Positions 1 to 9,856 of a DNA stretch of 36,902 nt are shown piece after piece. Each line of letters begins with the position of its first letter. Position 1 is the stretch's first letter. Made by a program: the position numbers and the translations under genes. The DNA comes from Dehalococcoidia bacterium. Its GTDB lineage: Bacteria; Chloroflexota; Dehalococcoidia; SZUA-161. The notes beneath the pieces were generated by a model. It searched no databases. It was not told where the DNA came from and saw nothing but the letters and a program-made list of their open reading frames with translations. Location of the stretch: contig JACUUS010000003.1 in NCBI GenBank assembly GCA_014859215.1, forward strand, positions 1 to 36,902, read 5' to 3'.

Positions 1-1
1 C

Positions 2-1345
2 GGGAAACTGTATATCCTCCAGACGCGTCCTGTGACGACACTTAAGGCCCCGGCGACAACTACGGTAGCTGAGGAATCCGGCGTATCTGTCCTGCTGAAG
101 GGTTCGCCGGCCAGCCCGGGACTCGGGTCAGGTCCTGTCAAAGTTGTACTTGATCCTTCGCGGACTGATGAAATAGAGCAGGGCGATATCCTGGTTGCCG
201 AGATGACCACTCCCGATTTTGTCCCGGCGATGAAGCGCGCAGCGGGGATTGTTACTGACCGCGGTGGGAGGACCTGTCATGCCGCTATTGTGAGCAGGGA
301 GCTAGGTATACCCTGCGTGGTGGGCGTCGGCGACGGCACGCGTGTTCTTAAGCCGGGGCAGATTGTCACCGTGGACGGATCTCTTGGCAAAGTGTACGAG
401 GGCAAAGTGGCAGGCAAGGTCAGCAGCGCAAAGAAAGTGGTGCCAAGAACGGATACTGCAACTCGGACCAGAATCTATGTGAATCTTGCTGAGCCGGAAC
501 TGGCTGCCGCCGTGGCTTCCCGTCACGTCGACGGTGTCGGTCTGCTGCGGGCGGAATTCATGGTAGCCCAGATCGGCGAGCATCCCCGATACATGCTCAG
601 GGAAGGTAGAGGTTCGGAATTCACGGAAAGACTCTTCCAGGGCCTGAATTCTTTCGCTAAGGCATTCAGTCCCCGTCCTGTCGTCTACCGCACTACTGAT
701 TTCAAGACCAATGAGTATCGGAATCTCAAGGGCGGACAGGAATACGAAGAGCCGGAAGAGAACCCCATGCTGGGCTACAGAGGGTGCTCACGTTATATAA
801 AGGAGCTGGACGTATTCCGGCTCGAACTCGAGGCCATTAAGCGGGTAAGAGAGAGTTACAGTAATCTGTGGGTCATGATTCCTTTCGTCCGCACTGTCGA
901 GGAGATATCACGCATTCGGGACCTGCTCATAGCTGAAGGCCTGCCGCAAAGGGAAGACTTCAAGCTCTGGATGATGGTGGAAGTCCCCTCCAACATATTC
1001 CTGATCGACAAGTTCCTTGATGTAGGTATCGATGGAATCTCGATCGGATCCAATGATTTGACCCAGCTCATTCTTGGTATTGACCGGGACAGCCAGAAAC
1101 TGGCAGATGACTTTGATGAACGGGACGAGGCGGTACTCATAGCGCTGGAGAAGGCGATCAAAGCCGCTGCCTCGAGGGGTGTAACGAGTTCGATCTGCGG
1201 CCAGGCTCCCTCTTTCTATCCCGAACTAACCGAGAAATTGGTCGAGTGGGGAATAACGTCAATATCAGTCAATCCTGACGTCATCGAGAAGACCAGGGAA
1301 ATAGTGGCTTTGGCTGAGCAGAGACTTCACTCGACTCTCCCATAA
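2..1345 (+). CDS. ppsA: Phosphoenolpyruvate synthase, 5'-truncated by the window edge
   Basis: Frame is open from position 2 (GKLYILQTRPVTT). Phospho-His motif GGRTCHAAIVSRELG, plus GVGLLRAEF, EENPMLGYRG, SIGSNDLTQ and SICGQAPS. Confidence 0.95.
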   Translation, partial: GKLYILQTRPVTTLKAPATTTVAEESGVSVLLKGSPASPGLGSGPVKVVLDPSRTDEIEQGDILVAEMTTPDFVPAMKRAAGIVTDRGGRTCHAAIVSRELGIPCVVGVGDGTRVLKPGQIVTVDGSLGKVYEGKVAGKVSSAKKVVPRTDTATRTRIYVNLAEPELAAAVASRHVDGVGLLRAEFMVAQIGEHPRYMLREGRGSEFTERLFQGLNSFAKAFSPRPVVYRTTDFKTNEYRNLKGGQEYEEPEENPMLGYRGCSRYIKELDVFRLELEAIKRVRESYSNLWVMIPFVRTVEEISRIRDLLIAEGLPQREDFKLWMMVEVPSNIFLIDKFLDVGIDGISIGSNDLTQLILGIDRDSQKLADDFDERDEAVLIALEKAIKAAASRGVTSSICGQAPSFYPELTEKLVEWGITSISVNPDVIEKTREIVALAEQRLHSTLP

Positions 1346-1356
1346 CGGGAGAACCG

Positions 1357-2385
1357 ATGATACACGGGGACGTTCGCCGGCGCCTGGAGGAGAGGGAGGA
1401 GTCTCTCTCTCCGTATGCTGCTCGCAGCCGGCTGGCGCGCAGGGAGCGGGGCGAAAGTCCGTGTCCGATGCGGACCGAGTTCCAGCGGGACCGCGATCGT
1501 GTAATACATTCCAAAGCCTTCCGCCGGTTGAAGCACAAGACTCAAGTCTTCATTGCACCTGCCGGCGACCACTATGTCACCAGGCTCACGCATACACTTG
1601 AGGTCTCGCAAATAGCCCGTTCAATTGCCCGGGCGTTGAATCTGAATGAAGACCTGGCCGAAGCAATAAGCCTCGGGCATGACCTCGGTCATACTCCCTT
1701 CGGGCATGTCGGTGAGGAAGTGCTTAATGAACTTTGCCCGACCGGATTCAGTCACAACGAACAGAGCTTACGTATCGTAGAGGTGCTGGGAAAAGACGGT
1801 CAAGGCCTTAACCTGACACGTGAGGTAAGGGAAGGAATCCTGAAGCATTCGAAGAGCAGAAAAGAGATAATCGGCAAGAACGATGATCTCCCGCGTACTC
1901 TGGAAGGACAGATTGTTAGGCTGGCTGACTCAGTTGCATATATCAACCATGACATAGGTGACGCGATAAGGGCCGGCCTTATCAAAGAAGAGGACCTTCC
2001 CGGGGAGGCGGTCGCTGTCCTGGGTCAATCGAATTCTGACCGAATCAATACTATGGTCACGGATATGGTCGATAGCTCATGGTCCGCCACAAGCCTGGGC
2101 GCGGAGAGCGAACCAGTGATCAGGCTCAGTCCAACTACTCTGGCCATGGCAAACAACCTGCGTGAATTTCTCTTCCAGAATGTGTACGAGGTACAGACAT
2201 CACTGGCTGAAACCGGAAGGGCTCGCCAAATGGTCCGTCTTCTTTACAACTATTTCATGCAGAATCCGTCAAAGCTTCCTGCGGAATACTCCCGCAACTT
2301 TGAGCTTGAACGAAACGTCGTAGACTATATTGCGGGCATGACTGACAACTATGCCACCAACTTGGCGGAAAAACTGGAAGTTTAG
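1357..2385 (+). CDS. dgt: Deoxyguanosinetriphosphate triphosphohydrolase-like HD protein
   Basis: RTEFQRDRDR, FRRLKHKTQVF, TRLTHTLEV, GHDLGHTPFGH and DYIAGMTD motifs; lies upstream of dnaG. Confidence 0.93.
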   Translation: MIHGDVRRRLEEREESLSPYAARSRLARRERGESPCPMRTEFQRDRDRVIHSKAFRRLKHKTQVFIAPAGDHYVTRLTHTLEVSQIARSIARALNLNEDLAEAISLGHDLGHTPFGHVGEEVLNELCPTGFSHNEQSLRIVEVLGKDGQGLNLTREVREGILKHSKSRKEIIGKNDDLPRTLEGQIVRLADSVAYINHDIGDAIRAGLIKEEDLPGEAVAVLGQSNSDRINTMVTDMVDSSWSATSLGAESEPVIRLSPTTLAMANNLREFLFQNVYEVQTSLAETGRARQMVRLLYNYFMQNPSKLPAEYSRNFELERNVVDYIAGMTDNYATNLAEKLEV

Positions 2386-2402
2386 TATCATCAGTTCTGA
2401 AC

Positions 2403-4235
2403 ATGAGCAATGTGAACGACGTTAAGCAAAGGCTTGACATTGTCGATGTACTGAGCAGCTACCTGAGCTTTGCAAGAGCGGGCCGTTACTTTAAGGCTGC
2501 ATGCCCTTTCCATGAGGAGAAAACGCCATCGTTCTTTGTATTCCCGGATAGGCAGTCGTGGAGATGCTTCGGATGCGGAGCGGGCGGTGATGTATTCTCC
2601 TTCATAATGAAGAAAGAAGGAGTAGATTTCAGCCAGGCCCTGAGACTGATGGCGGACAGGGCCGGGGTGTCCCTGTCTCCCGGGAAGAGAACAACCGAAC
2701 GTAAGCCGGACGAGCGGCTGTATGAGGCAAATGAGGCTGCGGCCAGGTACTTCCACCATCTACTTCTGAACTCAGAGACAGCAACCGCGGCGTTGAAGTA
2801 CGTAACCGCAAGAGGCCTGGATAGAAAGACTGTTGAGGATTTTCAACTGGGTTTTAGCTTGGGCGAGGGGCTCAAGAAGCACCTTGCCGAGCTCGGCTAT
2901 CGAGAGGATGATCTGCTCGCGGTGGGACTCCTGAAGGAGAAAGATGGGAGAAAATTTGAGTTCTTCCGCCATCGCTTGATGTTTCCGATCAGGGATGTTA
3001 AGAAAAGATTGTTGGGATTTGGAGGTCGCGCGCTGGACGATTCAGCGCCGAAGTACCTGAACTCGCCCCAGACGGTACTATTCGACAAGAGTGGTGTCCT
3101 GTTTGGTATTGACCGCGCTTCCGAAGCGATCAGGGAAAAAAGAGTCGCGGTCATGGTCGAAGGATACATGGATGTTGTTATGGCTCATCAACACGGGATA
3201 AGAAACGTTGTAGGGTCAATGGGAACTTCCTTGACCGAAAAGCAGATAAAGACGCTGAAGGCGTTTACCACAAACATCGCATTCGCGCTGGACCCGGACG
3301 TGGCCGGCAATGAAGCGACTCTACGCGGCATCGAGGTGGCTCGTCGGGCCTTTGACCGGGGAAGTCTACAGATGCCCTCCGCTCTCGGGGCGACCTCCAC
3401 GCTCAAGGCTGACATAAGGATCATACCGCTGCCTGAAGGCAAGGACCCGGATGATGTAATCAGGGAGAATCCTGAAGTGTGGCACGAACTGGTTAAGCAG
3501 GCTCTGCCGTTGATGGATCACCTCCTGAATGTAGCGTCGTCGAAGCTGGACCTGACGAGGCCGGAAGGAAAGTCCATGGCGAGCGAGCAACTGCTGCCGC
3601 TGATTGCCGAAATAGAAGACGAGATGCAGCGTGAGTATTACCTGGGAAAGCTGGCAACCCTGCTCGGGGTCAACGAGAGGATTCTCGTGAACAAGGCTTC
3701 CGATTTGCTGCGCACGCGGACAGAAAGAGCAAGCAGGGTCAAGCCCAGGATCGATTCCGTTTCTCGTTTCGGTGACCGGCTTGAGGAATACTGCCTTGCC
3801 TTGCTTTTGCAGCATCCCGAAATACCACGTGAAAAGGACAGGCTCGTGCCTGAATATTTCGAACGCACGGAAAACCGGGAGATCTTCCTGTCCATGCAGG
3901 AGACTTCAAATACTGAGAGAATTGCTGAGATAGTGGCTCCTGATCTAAGAGAACATCTTCAATCATTGCTTGGGACAGTCTTGCCGCCAGACGCTGGAGC
4001 CAGGTGGGAAACGGCGTTGTCGGACTGCATCCGCAGGCTTGAAGAGCGGTGGCTGCTCGTCCAGGAAGAGTTCGTAACGCTCGAGTTCGAACCGTTTGCC
4101 GGGCAGGACGCTGCCGCCGCGCGAGCACAGCGGGAGCTGCTTGAACAGAGGACAAAAGAGATTAACTCCAGGCTCACCCGGGCAATGCGAGAGAGAGCTG
4201 AATCGGGGTTTGGCAAAGAGAGGTTGAATGGATAA
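2403..4235 (+). CDS. dnaG: DNA primase
   Basis: CHC2 zinc finger ([11 protein letters not shown]...CFGC), [14 protein letters not shown] motifs VEGYMDV and DPDVAG, and GKDPD. Confidence 0.97.
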   Translation: MSNVNDVKQRLDIVDVLSSYLSFARAGRYFKAACPFHEEKTPSFFVFPDRQSWRCFGCGAGGDVFSFIMKKEGVDFSQALRLMADRAGVSLSPGKRTTERKPDERLYEANEAAARYFHHLLLNSETATAALKYVTARGLDRKTVEDFQLGFSLGEGLKKHLAELGYREDDLLAVGLLKEKDGRKFEFFRHRLMFPIRDVKKRLLGFGGRALDDSAPKYLNSPQTVLFDKSGVLFGIDRASEAIREKRVAVMVEGYMDVVMAHQHGIRNVVGSMGTSLTEKQIKTLKAFTTNIAFALDPDVAGNEATLRGIEVARRAFDRGSLQMPSALGATSTLKADIRIIPLPEGKDPDDVIRENPEVWHELVKQALPLMDHLLNVASSKLDLTRPEGKSMASEQLLPLIAEIEDEMQREYYLGKLATLLGVNERILVNKASDLLRTRTERASRVKPRIDSVSRFGDRLEEYCLALLLQHPEIPREKDRLVPEYFERTENREIFLSMQETSNTERIAEIVAPDLREHLQSLLGTVLPPDAGARWETALSDCIRRLEERWLLVQEEFVTLEFEPFAGQDAAAARAQRELLEQRTKEINSRLTRAMRERAESGFGKERLNG

Positions 4236-5811
4236 GGAACCTAAAGACCTTGATCAATTCCTGGACGAGGATGGCGACCTGCTGCCCGAAGACTTGTTCC
4301 AGGCTGAAGCAAGGACAGGGGAGGTGGACCTGGAACAGGAAGCTGATATTTTTGCCTCGGGTGCCAGGTTCTCGCAGGAAACGCATGATGATATCTTCGG
4401 CCCCATGTCCGAAGGTGAAAGCAAGCTAAGGAATGATCTGGCCCTGGGAACGGCGGAACCGACCGAAACGGAGATCTGGGAGGAGGAAGCGGAGGTTGAA
4501 GAGCTTCAGGAAGCGGGACTGGAACTGGAGGAGATGATAGATGACCCTGTCCGCATGTATCTCAGAGAAATGGGCCGCGTTTCTCTCCTCAGCGCCCGTG
4601 AGGAAAAGCAGCTGGCCAGGAAGATGGAGGAAGGCCGGTTTCTTAAGAGAATTGAGGATGACTGGATTAACAGGCACGGCCAGTATGCTTCTCCGGTCGA
4701 TCTGGCGAGTTCCATTCTCACTATGCTGGGCCAGAGCACGCCGTTCATCATCGCGCTCGAGGAAGAGTTGAGCCTGCACCGGCGTCCAAGTATCACACAG
4801 CGAATTAACGACCCTGTCTTGCGCAGCTCTATCGATGGGGAGATCAGCCAGCGCCTCTCGAAAGGCGTTGTCGACAGGACTTCGAGCGAGCCTCATGAAG
4901 CTGAAGAGACTCTGAAAGACCTTTCCCTCCTGCTTGCCGTTATTCCACCTGAACTACTCGAGGTGGTGGAAGGTGATTACTCTGTTTCTGATCTGGTGGG
5001 CATGGCCGGACAGCCTGAATTCCGCCAGAAGCTTGGCCCCCTGGAAGACGCATTAAAGGAGCACTGGGATCATATCAGGGAGGAGGGGGCCAGAGCGCAA
5101 CGGCACCTTATAGAGGCGAATTTGCGCCTTGTGGTGAGCATTGCCAAGAAGTATATAGGGCGGGGCATGTCGCTTCTGGACTTGATTCAGGAAGGCAACA
5201 TCGGACTAATTCGCGCCGTGGAGAAGTTCGATTACCGGAAAGGTTACAAGTTCAGTACCTACGCGACCTGGTGGATTCGCCAGGCGATCACAAGGGATAT
5301 CGCGGACAAAGCCCGCACCATTCGTATTCCGGTGCACATGGTCGAAACGATTAACAAGCTAATTCGTACCAGCAGGCGCCTCTCTCAGGAGTACGGACGC
5401 GAGCCCACTTCCGAAGAGATCGGTCGCGGCATGGGTATATCCCCTGAGAAAGTCAGGGAGATAATCAAGATCTCTCAGGAACCGGTGTCACTGGAAATGC
5501 CTATCGGCGAAGAAGAGGACAGCCACCTGGGTGACTTCATAGAGGACAGATCCACAATGCCTCCGGTAGAGGCGGCGTCCCTGAACCTGCTCAAGGACCA
5601 GGTCGAGGAGGTGCTCTCTACTCTCACCCCGAGAGAGAGACGGGTCCTACAATTACGGTTTGGCCTTGAAGACGGCCGTAGCCGGACCCTTGAAGAGGTG
5701 GGCAAGGAATTCGGGGTCACCCGGGAACGAATACGCCAGATCGAGGCAAAAGCCCTCCGCAAGCTGCGTCACCCCAGCAGATCAAAGAAGTTGAAAGATT
5801 ACCTGGAGTAA
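4228..5811 (+). CDS. rpoD: RNA polymerase primary sigma factor RpoD/SigA
   Basis: Acidic N-terminus; region 1.2 [11 protein letters not shown]; region 2 [12 protein letters not shown]...[14 protein letters not shown]; region 4 TLEEVG...[19 protein letters not shown]. Confidence 0.97.
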   Translation: MDKEPKDLDQFLDEDGDLLPEDLFQAEARTGEVDLEQEADIFASGARFSQETHDDIFGPMSEGESKLRNDLALGTAEPTETEIWEEEAEVEELQEAGLELEEMIDDPVRMYLREMGRVSLLSAREEKQLARKMEEGRFLKRIEDDWINRHGQYASPVDLASSILTMLGQSTPFIIALEEELSLHRRPSITQRINDPVLRSSIDGEISQRLSKGVVDRTSSEPHEAEETLKDLSLLLAVIPPELLEVVEGDYSVSDLVGMAGQPEFRQKLGPLEDALKEHWDHIREEGARAQRHLIEANLRLVVSIAKKYIGRGMSLLDLIQEGNIGLIRAVEKFDYRKGYKFSTYATWWIRQAITRDIADKARTIRIPVHMVETINKLIRTSRRLSQEYGREPTSEEIGRGMGISPEKVREIIKISQEPVSLEMPIGEEEDSHLGDFIEDRSTMPPVEAASLNLLKDQVEEVLSTLTPRERRVLQLRFGLEDGRSRTLEEVGKEFGVTRERIRQIEAKALRKLRHPSRSKKLKDYLE

Positions 5812-5860
5812 GGAACAGGCCTTTCTTGCGCGAGTCTATATTGACGATCCCTGAATAGGC

Positions 5861-6073
5861 CTACCTGTAGCGGGAGCTGTGCGTTGTTCCACTCAGGATT
5901 GGCTCGTTTATGTAAATATCACCGTTGCGAATCTTGATGTTGAAGCCGCATTCGGGGTTGGTGCACACCCACACCTTGTAGTGGATTGGTGCCCCCTGGC
6001 TTCCGAAGTCGGATAGAGGCACCAGGTCGCCAGAGTTACATTTCTGGCATTTGGGGAAAACGACGTTCTCCAC
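5861..6073 (-). CDS. Small Zn-ribbon protein (70 aa), function unknown
   Basis: CQKC and CTNPEC motifs. GTG at 6073 follows SD GGAGGTG and has its own promoter. The track's TTG start at 6091 is probably too long. Confidence 0.8.
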   Translation of the reverse strand: MENVVFPKCQKCNSGDLVPLSDFGSQGAPIHYKVWVCTNPECGFNIKIRNGDIYINEPILSGTTHSSRYR

Positions 6074-6105
6074 AGAACCACCTCCCGCCAAATTATGACT
6101 GGCTA

Positions 6106-6134
6106 AGTATACACTACCGTCTAACTTTTGGCAA
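6106..6134 (-). promoter_or_regulatory. Sigma70-type promoter for the small Zn-ribbon gene
   Basis: TTGCCA (6134-6129), 17 nt spacer, TATACT (6111-6106). Confidence 0.7.
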
Positions 6135-6143
6135 CACGTTCAC

Positions 6144-6728
6144 TCACGAACTTTGAAGGGGAACACTCGCAAGGCACGTGTAGATGGCTCCGTGGCGGGT
6201 GAGCTCGCTCCGCATCAGGCTGAAGGTGTGTACCTGAAAGGACGCCGCGGTTTGCTCTCTTATCGACATCACAAGGTCGCGGATTCTCTGACGTTCCAGG
6301 CCCCTCGCCTGCTCGCGCACCCGTCCAAGCGTCAGGTGGGGAGTAAATTGACGTCCTTCCCGCGGGAAGCCCAAAGGTACCATGGCCTCTTCGACGTCAT
6401 GCTGCAACGCGCAGAGGCTGTGCACGTCTCCCTCGAGTCCAATCCAGATGACGCGGGTGGATGCCGGTCCCGGGAAGGTTCCAGGCTTACCGAGAGTGAG
6501 ATTGAAAGGCGTTTTGCTTCTGGCGACCGCGCGGAGGGAATCGGTGATTATGTCAATCTGCTCAACACGGGTGTCGCCGAGGAATTTCAGGGTCAGGTGA
6601 ATACCATCCGGACTGACCCACTTCACGGGTGAACACCCATTGCCTACAAGGGTATCCCGCAACCTGCCCAGGGCGTGTTTTGCCTCCCACGGAAGCTCGA
6701 TCGCAACAAAAGTCCTGGTCTTCTCCAA
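6144..6728 (-). CDS. thpR: RNA 2',3'-cyclic phosphodiesterase (2H family)
   Basis: RTFVAIEL start and two HxT motifs (HLTLKFLG, FTPHLTLGR). Confidence 0.92.
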   Translation of the reverse strand: MEKTRTFVAIELPWEAKHALGRLRDTLVGNGCSPVKWVSPDGIHLTLKFLGDTRVEQIDIITDSLRAVARSKTPFNLTLGKPGTFPGPASTRVIWIGLEGDVHSLCALQHDVEEAMVPLGFPREGRQFTPHLTLGRVREQARGLERQRIRDLVMSIREQTAASFQVHTFSLMRSELTRHGAIYTCLASVPLQSS

Positions 6729-6738
6729 GTGTCTTTCC

Positions 6739-7581
6739 TCAGTTGAGGGAAAGAAGCCTGCTGGCGTTGTCCCCGAGGATGGCCTTTTTGCTCGCTTCCG
6801 GCATTGGAAGCGACATGACCGCCTTCACTATCCGGTCCTGGCGGATTAACGGATGATCGCTACCGAACAGAATCTTGTCCGCCCCGAGGATGTCGGCAAC
6901 GTGTAGAAATACTTCGTCTCTGTACAAGAAAGGTGAGGCGGCGGTATCGAAATATACATTCTTCATGGCGGCTGCCATTTCGGGCATGAGGGCGTAGAAA
7001 GGAAGACCTCCGCCCCAGTGAGCGCATACCAGAAGCTGAGCCGGGAAATTTTGAATGAAGCGGTAGAGAATGCCGGGGGAGATTTCTCCCTTTCCTGTGT
7101 ATGTATGTCCGACGGGCTCGGACGCGTGTGTAAGAATGATGAGATTGTGCCTCATGGCCGCTTCGACCAGGGGTGACATCGCCTCTCTGTCGGTAAGGTC
7201 AAATCCCTGGGTATCACACCTCAGTTCACCGATTCCCTTAATACCGTATCGCGCGCAACGCTTGATCTCGTCTATGGCCTTTTGCCCGGCCAGCGGCTGA
7301 ACAGCGCAGAAGCCAATTAACCTGCCCGGGAATCGATTTACGGCATCGATAATGTAGTCGTTTGTGAGCTGGCAGAGCTCATGACTGCTCCAGCCTATAT
7401 TGAGCGCCACGGAGACGTCGATGCCCTGATCGTCCATATTGCGGACAAGCTCTTCGGCGCTGATCATTCTGGCTTTCGGGTCAGAATAAAGCAGGTCGAA
7501 GCAGGCATCTTTTCCGCTGCAATTGAGATGTCTGCTGACGATCTCCGGGGGGAAAATATGCGTGTGGAAGTCGATGATCAC
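6739..7581 (-). CDS. Amidohydrolase_2 family metal-dependent hydrolase
   Basis: IIDFHTH, KGIGEL, CAHWGGG, YFDTAA and LFGSDHP motifs. Confidence 0.88.
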   Translation of the reverse strand: MIIDFHTHIFPPEIVSRHLNCSGKDACFDLLYSDPKARMISAEELVRNMDDQGIDVSVALNIGWSSHELCQLTNDYIIDAVNRFPGRLIGFCAVQPLAGQKAIDEIKRCARYGIKGIGELRCDTQGFDLTDREAMSPLVEAAMRHNLIILTHASEPVGHTYTGKGEISPGILYRFIQNFPAQLLVCAHWGGGLPFYALMPEMAAAMKNVYFDTAASPFLYRDEVFLHVADILGADKILFGSDHPLIRQDRIVKAVMSLPMPEASKKAILGDNASRLLSLN

Positions 7582-7587
7582 GACCAG

Positions 7588-7631
7588 ATTATATCAAGGT
7601 GTAGACGGCCGGACAAGGAACATGTTATAAT
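7588..7631. promoter_or_regulatory. Overlapping divergent promoters (amidohydrolase / transketolase)
   Basis: Minus strand: TTGTCC (7616-7611), 17 nt, TATAAT (7593-7588) with TGn extension. Plus strand: TAGACG (7602-7607), 18 nt, TATAAT (7626-7631) with TGn extension. Confidence 0.7.
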
Positions 7632-7749
7632 TCAGTGGAGGGTAGGAATGTCCCCATCTGGCAAGGGGCCGCAAGAATACTGTACTAATTCCCGAGCCTC
7701 GGCCGATTCGAGCGCCGAGGCTGCTTCATTTAAGAGCGGGAGTATCTCT

Positions 7750-8571
7750 TTGAACTTCACATACTCTCTGGACGAAATGCGTGCGACGGCGAGGACACTA
7801 CGGCGTCATATTATCCAGATGATAGGCAAGGCGGGCAGCGGGCATCCTGGTGGTTCTCTTTCGGCAGCCGAGATAGTCACAGCCCTGTATTTTGGAGTAC
7901 TACGTCATGACCCTTCTAACCCCCGCTGGGCTGAACGCGACCGTTTCATATTGAGCAAGGGCCACGCAGCCCCACTGCTTTATGCTGCACTTGCTGAAAG
8001 CGGCTACTTCCCTGTGAGTGAACTCGCTACACTGAGATCTTACGGAAGCCGGCTTCAGGGACATTGTGATATGACTATCACGCCAGGAGTCGAGATTTCT
8101 TCAGGATCGCTCGGTCAGGGACTTTCATTTGGGGTTGGGATCGCACTTGCCGGCCGCCTCGACTGTCTGCCGTACCGCGTCTATGTTCTGCTTGGCGATG
8201 GTGAATGTGATGAAGGTCAGGTCTGGGAAGCCGCCATGGCGGGATCGCACTTCGCGCTCGAAAACCTTACAGCTATCGTTGACCGAAACGGGCAGCAGAT
8301 CGATGGGTGGAACAGCGAGGTTATGAATCTTGAACCCTTGGCGGGAAAGTGGAAGTCATTTGGCTGGCATGTAATAGAAGCCGACGGGCACGATCTCGGG
8401 CAATTGCTCGATGCTTTCCAGGAGGCAAGAGCGACAAAGGGCAAGCCGAGCGTGATAATCGCTAATACTGTAAAAGGCAAAGGCGTCAGCTTCATGGAGA
8501 ATAACCTGGACTTTCACGGGAAAGCTCCTTCGGCGGCAGAGGTGGAAAAGGCGCTCAAGGAACTGAAATAG
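7750..8571 (+). CDS. Transketolase N-terminal (TPP-binding) subunit
   Basis: SGHPGGSLS, DRFILSKGHAAP, GSLGQGLS, GDGECDEG and NTVKGKGVSFME. Start is uncertain: TTG 7750 after GGGAG, or ATG 7648 or 7777. Confidence 0.92.
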   Translation: MNFTYSLDEMRATARTLRRHIIQMIGKAGSGHPGGSLSAAEIVTALYFGVLRHDPSNPRWAERDRFILSKGHAAPLLYAALAESGYFPVSELATLRSYGSRLQGHCDMTITPGVEISSGSLGQGLSFGVGIALAGRLDCLPYRVYVLLGDGECDEGQVWEAAMAGSHFALENLTAIVDRNGQQIDGWNSEVMNLEPLAGKWKSFGWHVIEADGHDLGQLLDAFQEARATKGKPSVIIANTVKGKGVSFMENNLDFHGKAPSAAEVEKALKELK

Positions 8572-8573
8572 CG

Positions 8574-9509
8574 ATGGAGCAAAGTACCCGGGAAGCCTAC
8601 GGCAGAGTCCTCGTTGAACTTGGCAGAGAAAACACCAACATAGTGGTACTCGACGCCGATCTCTCGAAATCCACCCAGACGAACCTGTTTGCCGCTGCAT
8701 TTCCGGACCGTTTCTTCGATTGCGGTATAGCCGAACAGAATATGATCGGGATTGCAGCGGGCCTGGCTTCGAGCGGCAAGACAGTTTTTGCAAGCACGTT
8801 CGCCGTGTTCGTACCTGGTCGTTGCTTTGACCAAATGAGGATGTCTCTTGCCCAACCAAGCCTCAACGTGAAAGTAGTTACCAGCCACGGCGGAATAACG
8901 GTCGGCGAAGACGGGACCTCGCATCACGCGATCGAAGACCTGGCACTGGCCTGCGCATTGCCTGGTTTCAGGGTAATTGTGCCTGCTGATGCTCTGGAGA
9001 CAGTCCAGGCAGTGAGAATTGCGGCACAGACATACGGGCCGTTCTATATAAGGCTGAGCCGTCCCAAGACACCGCTCGTGTACGGAGCTGATTACCAGTT
9101 TAGTATCGGAAAGGCGGCGAGGCTGACGGAAGGCAAGGACCTCACGGTGATTGCAACCGGAGTCATGGTCGCCAAAGCAGTCGAGGCGGCCAAGAATCTG
9201 GCGCGGGAAGGCATAGGATGCCGGGTACTGAGCATGTCCACTCTGAAGCCGCTCGATCAGGAAGCTGTCATCAGCGCGGCCGAGGAGACCGGGGCAATAA
9301 TCACAGCTGAAGAGCATATGCGTACAGGCGGGATGGGTAGCGCGATCGCGCAGGTAGTAAGCGAGCGGGCGCCGGTGCCTATGTATTGCATCGCCATCAA
9401 TGACCTGTACTCCAAGTCAGGGAAACCCGAAGAACTTCTCGAAAAACGGGGGCTTACCTCAGCTCACATAGAAACCGCTGCCCGCTCTCTGGTCGCAGGA
9501 AAGAAATAA
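8574..9509 (+). CDS. Transketolase C-terminal subunit
   Basis: LDADLSKST, GIAEQNMIG, GEDGTSHHAIED and TAEEH; directly follows the N-terminal subunit. Confidence 0.93.
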   Translation: MEQSTREAYGRVLVELGRENTNIVVLDADLSKSTQTNLFAAAFPDRFFDCGIAEQNMIGIAAGLASSGKTVFASTFAVFVPGRCFDQMRMSLAQPSLNVKVVTSHGGITVGEDGTSHHAIEDLALACALPGFRVIVPADALETVQAVRIAAQTYGPFYIRLSRPKTPLVYGADYQFSIGKAARLTEGKDLTVIATGVMVAKAVEAAKNLAREGIGCRVLSMSTLKPLDQEAVISAAEETGAIITAEEHMRTGGMGSAIAQVVSERAPVPMYCIAINDLYSKSGKPEELLEKRGLTSAHIETAARSLVAGKK

Positions 9510-9512
9510 CCT

Positions 9513-9821
9513 TTATCCTTCTTCTTCTTCGCCTTCTTCGAACTCCTCATCACTGAAGACACCGACTTCGTTACCCTGGTAAACAGTCACAATGAAGTCG
9601 TCCCGGGCTACATCCGCCGACATGACTAATTCTTCGTCAATCTGATCAATAAGGTCCTGAATTCCATCAGCCGTGACACGCTCGCCAACGCAGAGCGTGG
9701 CATAAGTAATCGAAGGCGTAAAATGAAGGTCGACCCTTCCGATCCGTTCGTCATTCGAGATAATAAGGTAGACTTCCGAATACGGGGTACGACACTCTCT
9801 TTCAAATCTATACTCGCCCAT
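9513..9821 (-). CDS. Acidic hypothetical protein (102 aa)
   Basis: Strong SD AAGGAGGT before the ATG; fills the gap between proA and the convergent transketolase gene; Glu-rich C-terminus. Confidence 0.8.
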   Translation of the reverse strand: MGEYRFERECRTPYSEVYLIISNDERIGRVDLHFTPSITYATLCVGERVTADGIQDLIDQIDEELVMSADVARDDFIVTVYQGNEVGVFSDEEFEEGEEEEG

Positions 9822-9856
9822 TGGTTTACCTCCTTTACGTATTCACCATAAAAGGC

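Noticed and set aside
7381-7647. Long N-terminal extension of the transketolase ORF
   Set aside because: It overlaps the opposite-strand amidohydrolase and starts upstream of the transketolase promoter.
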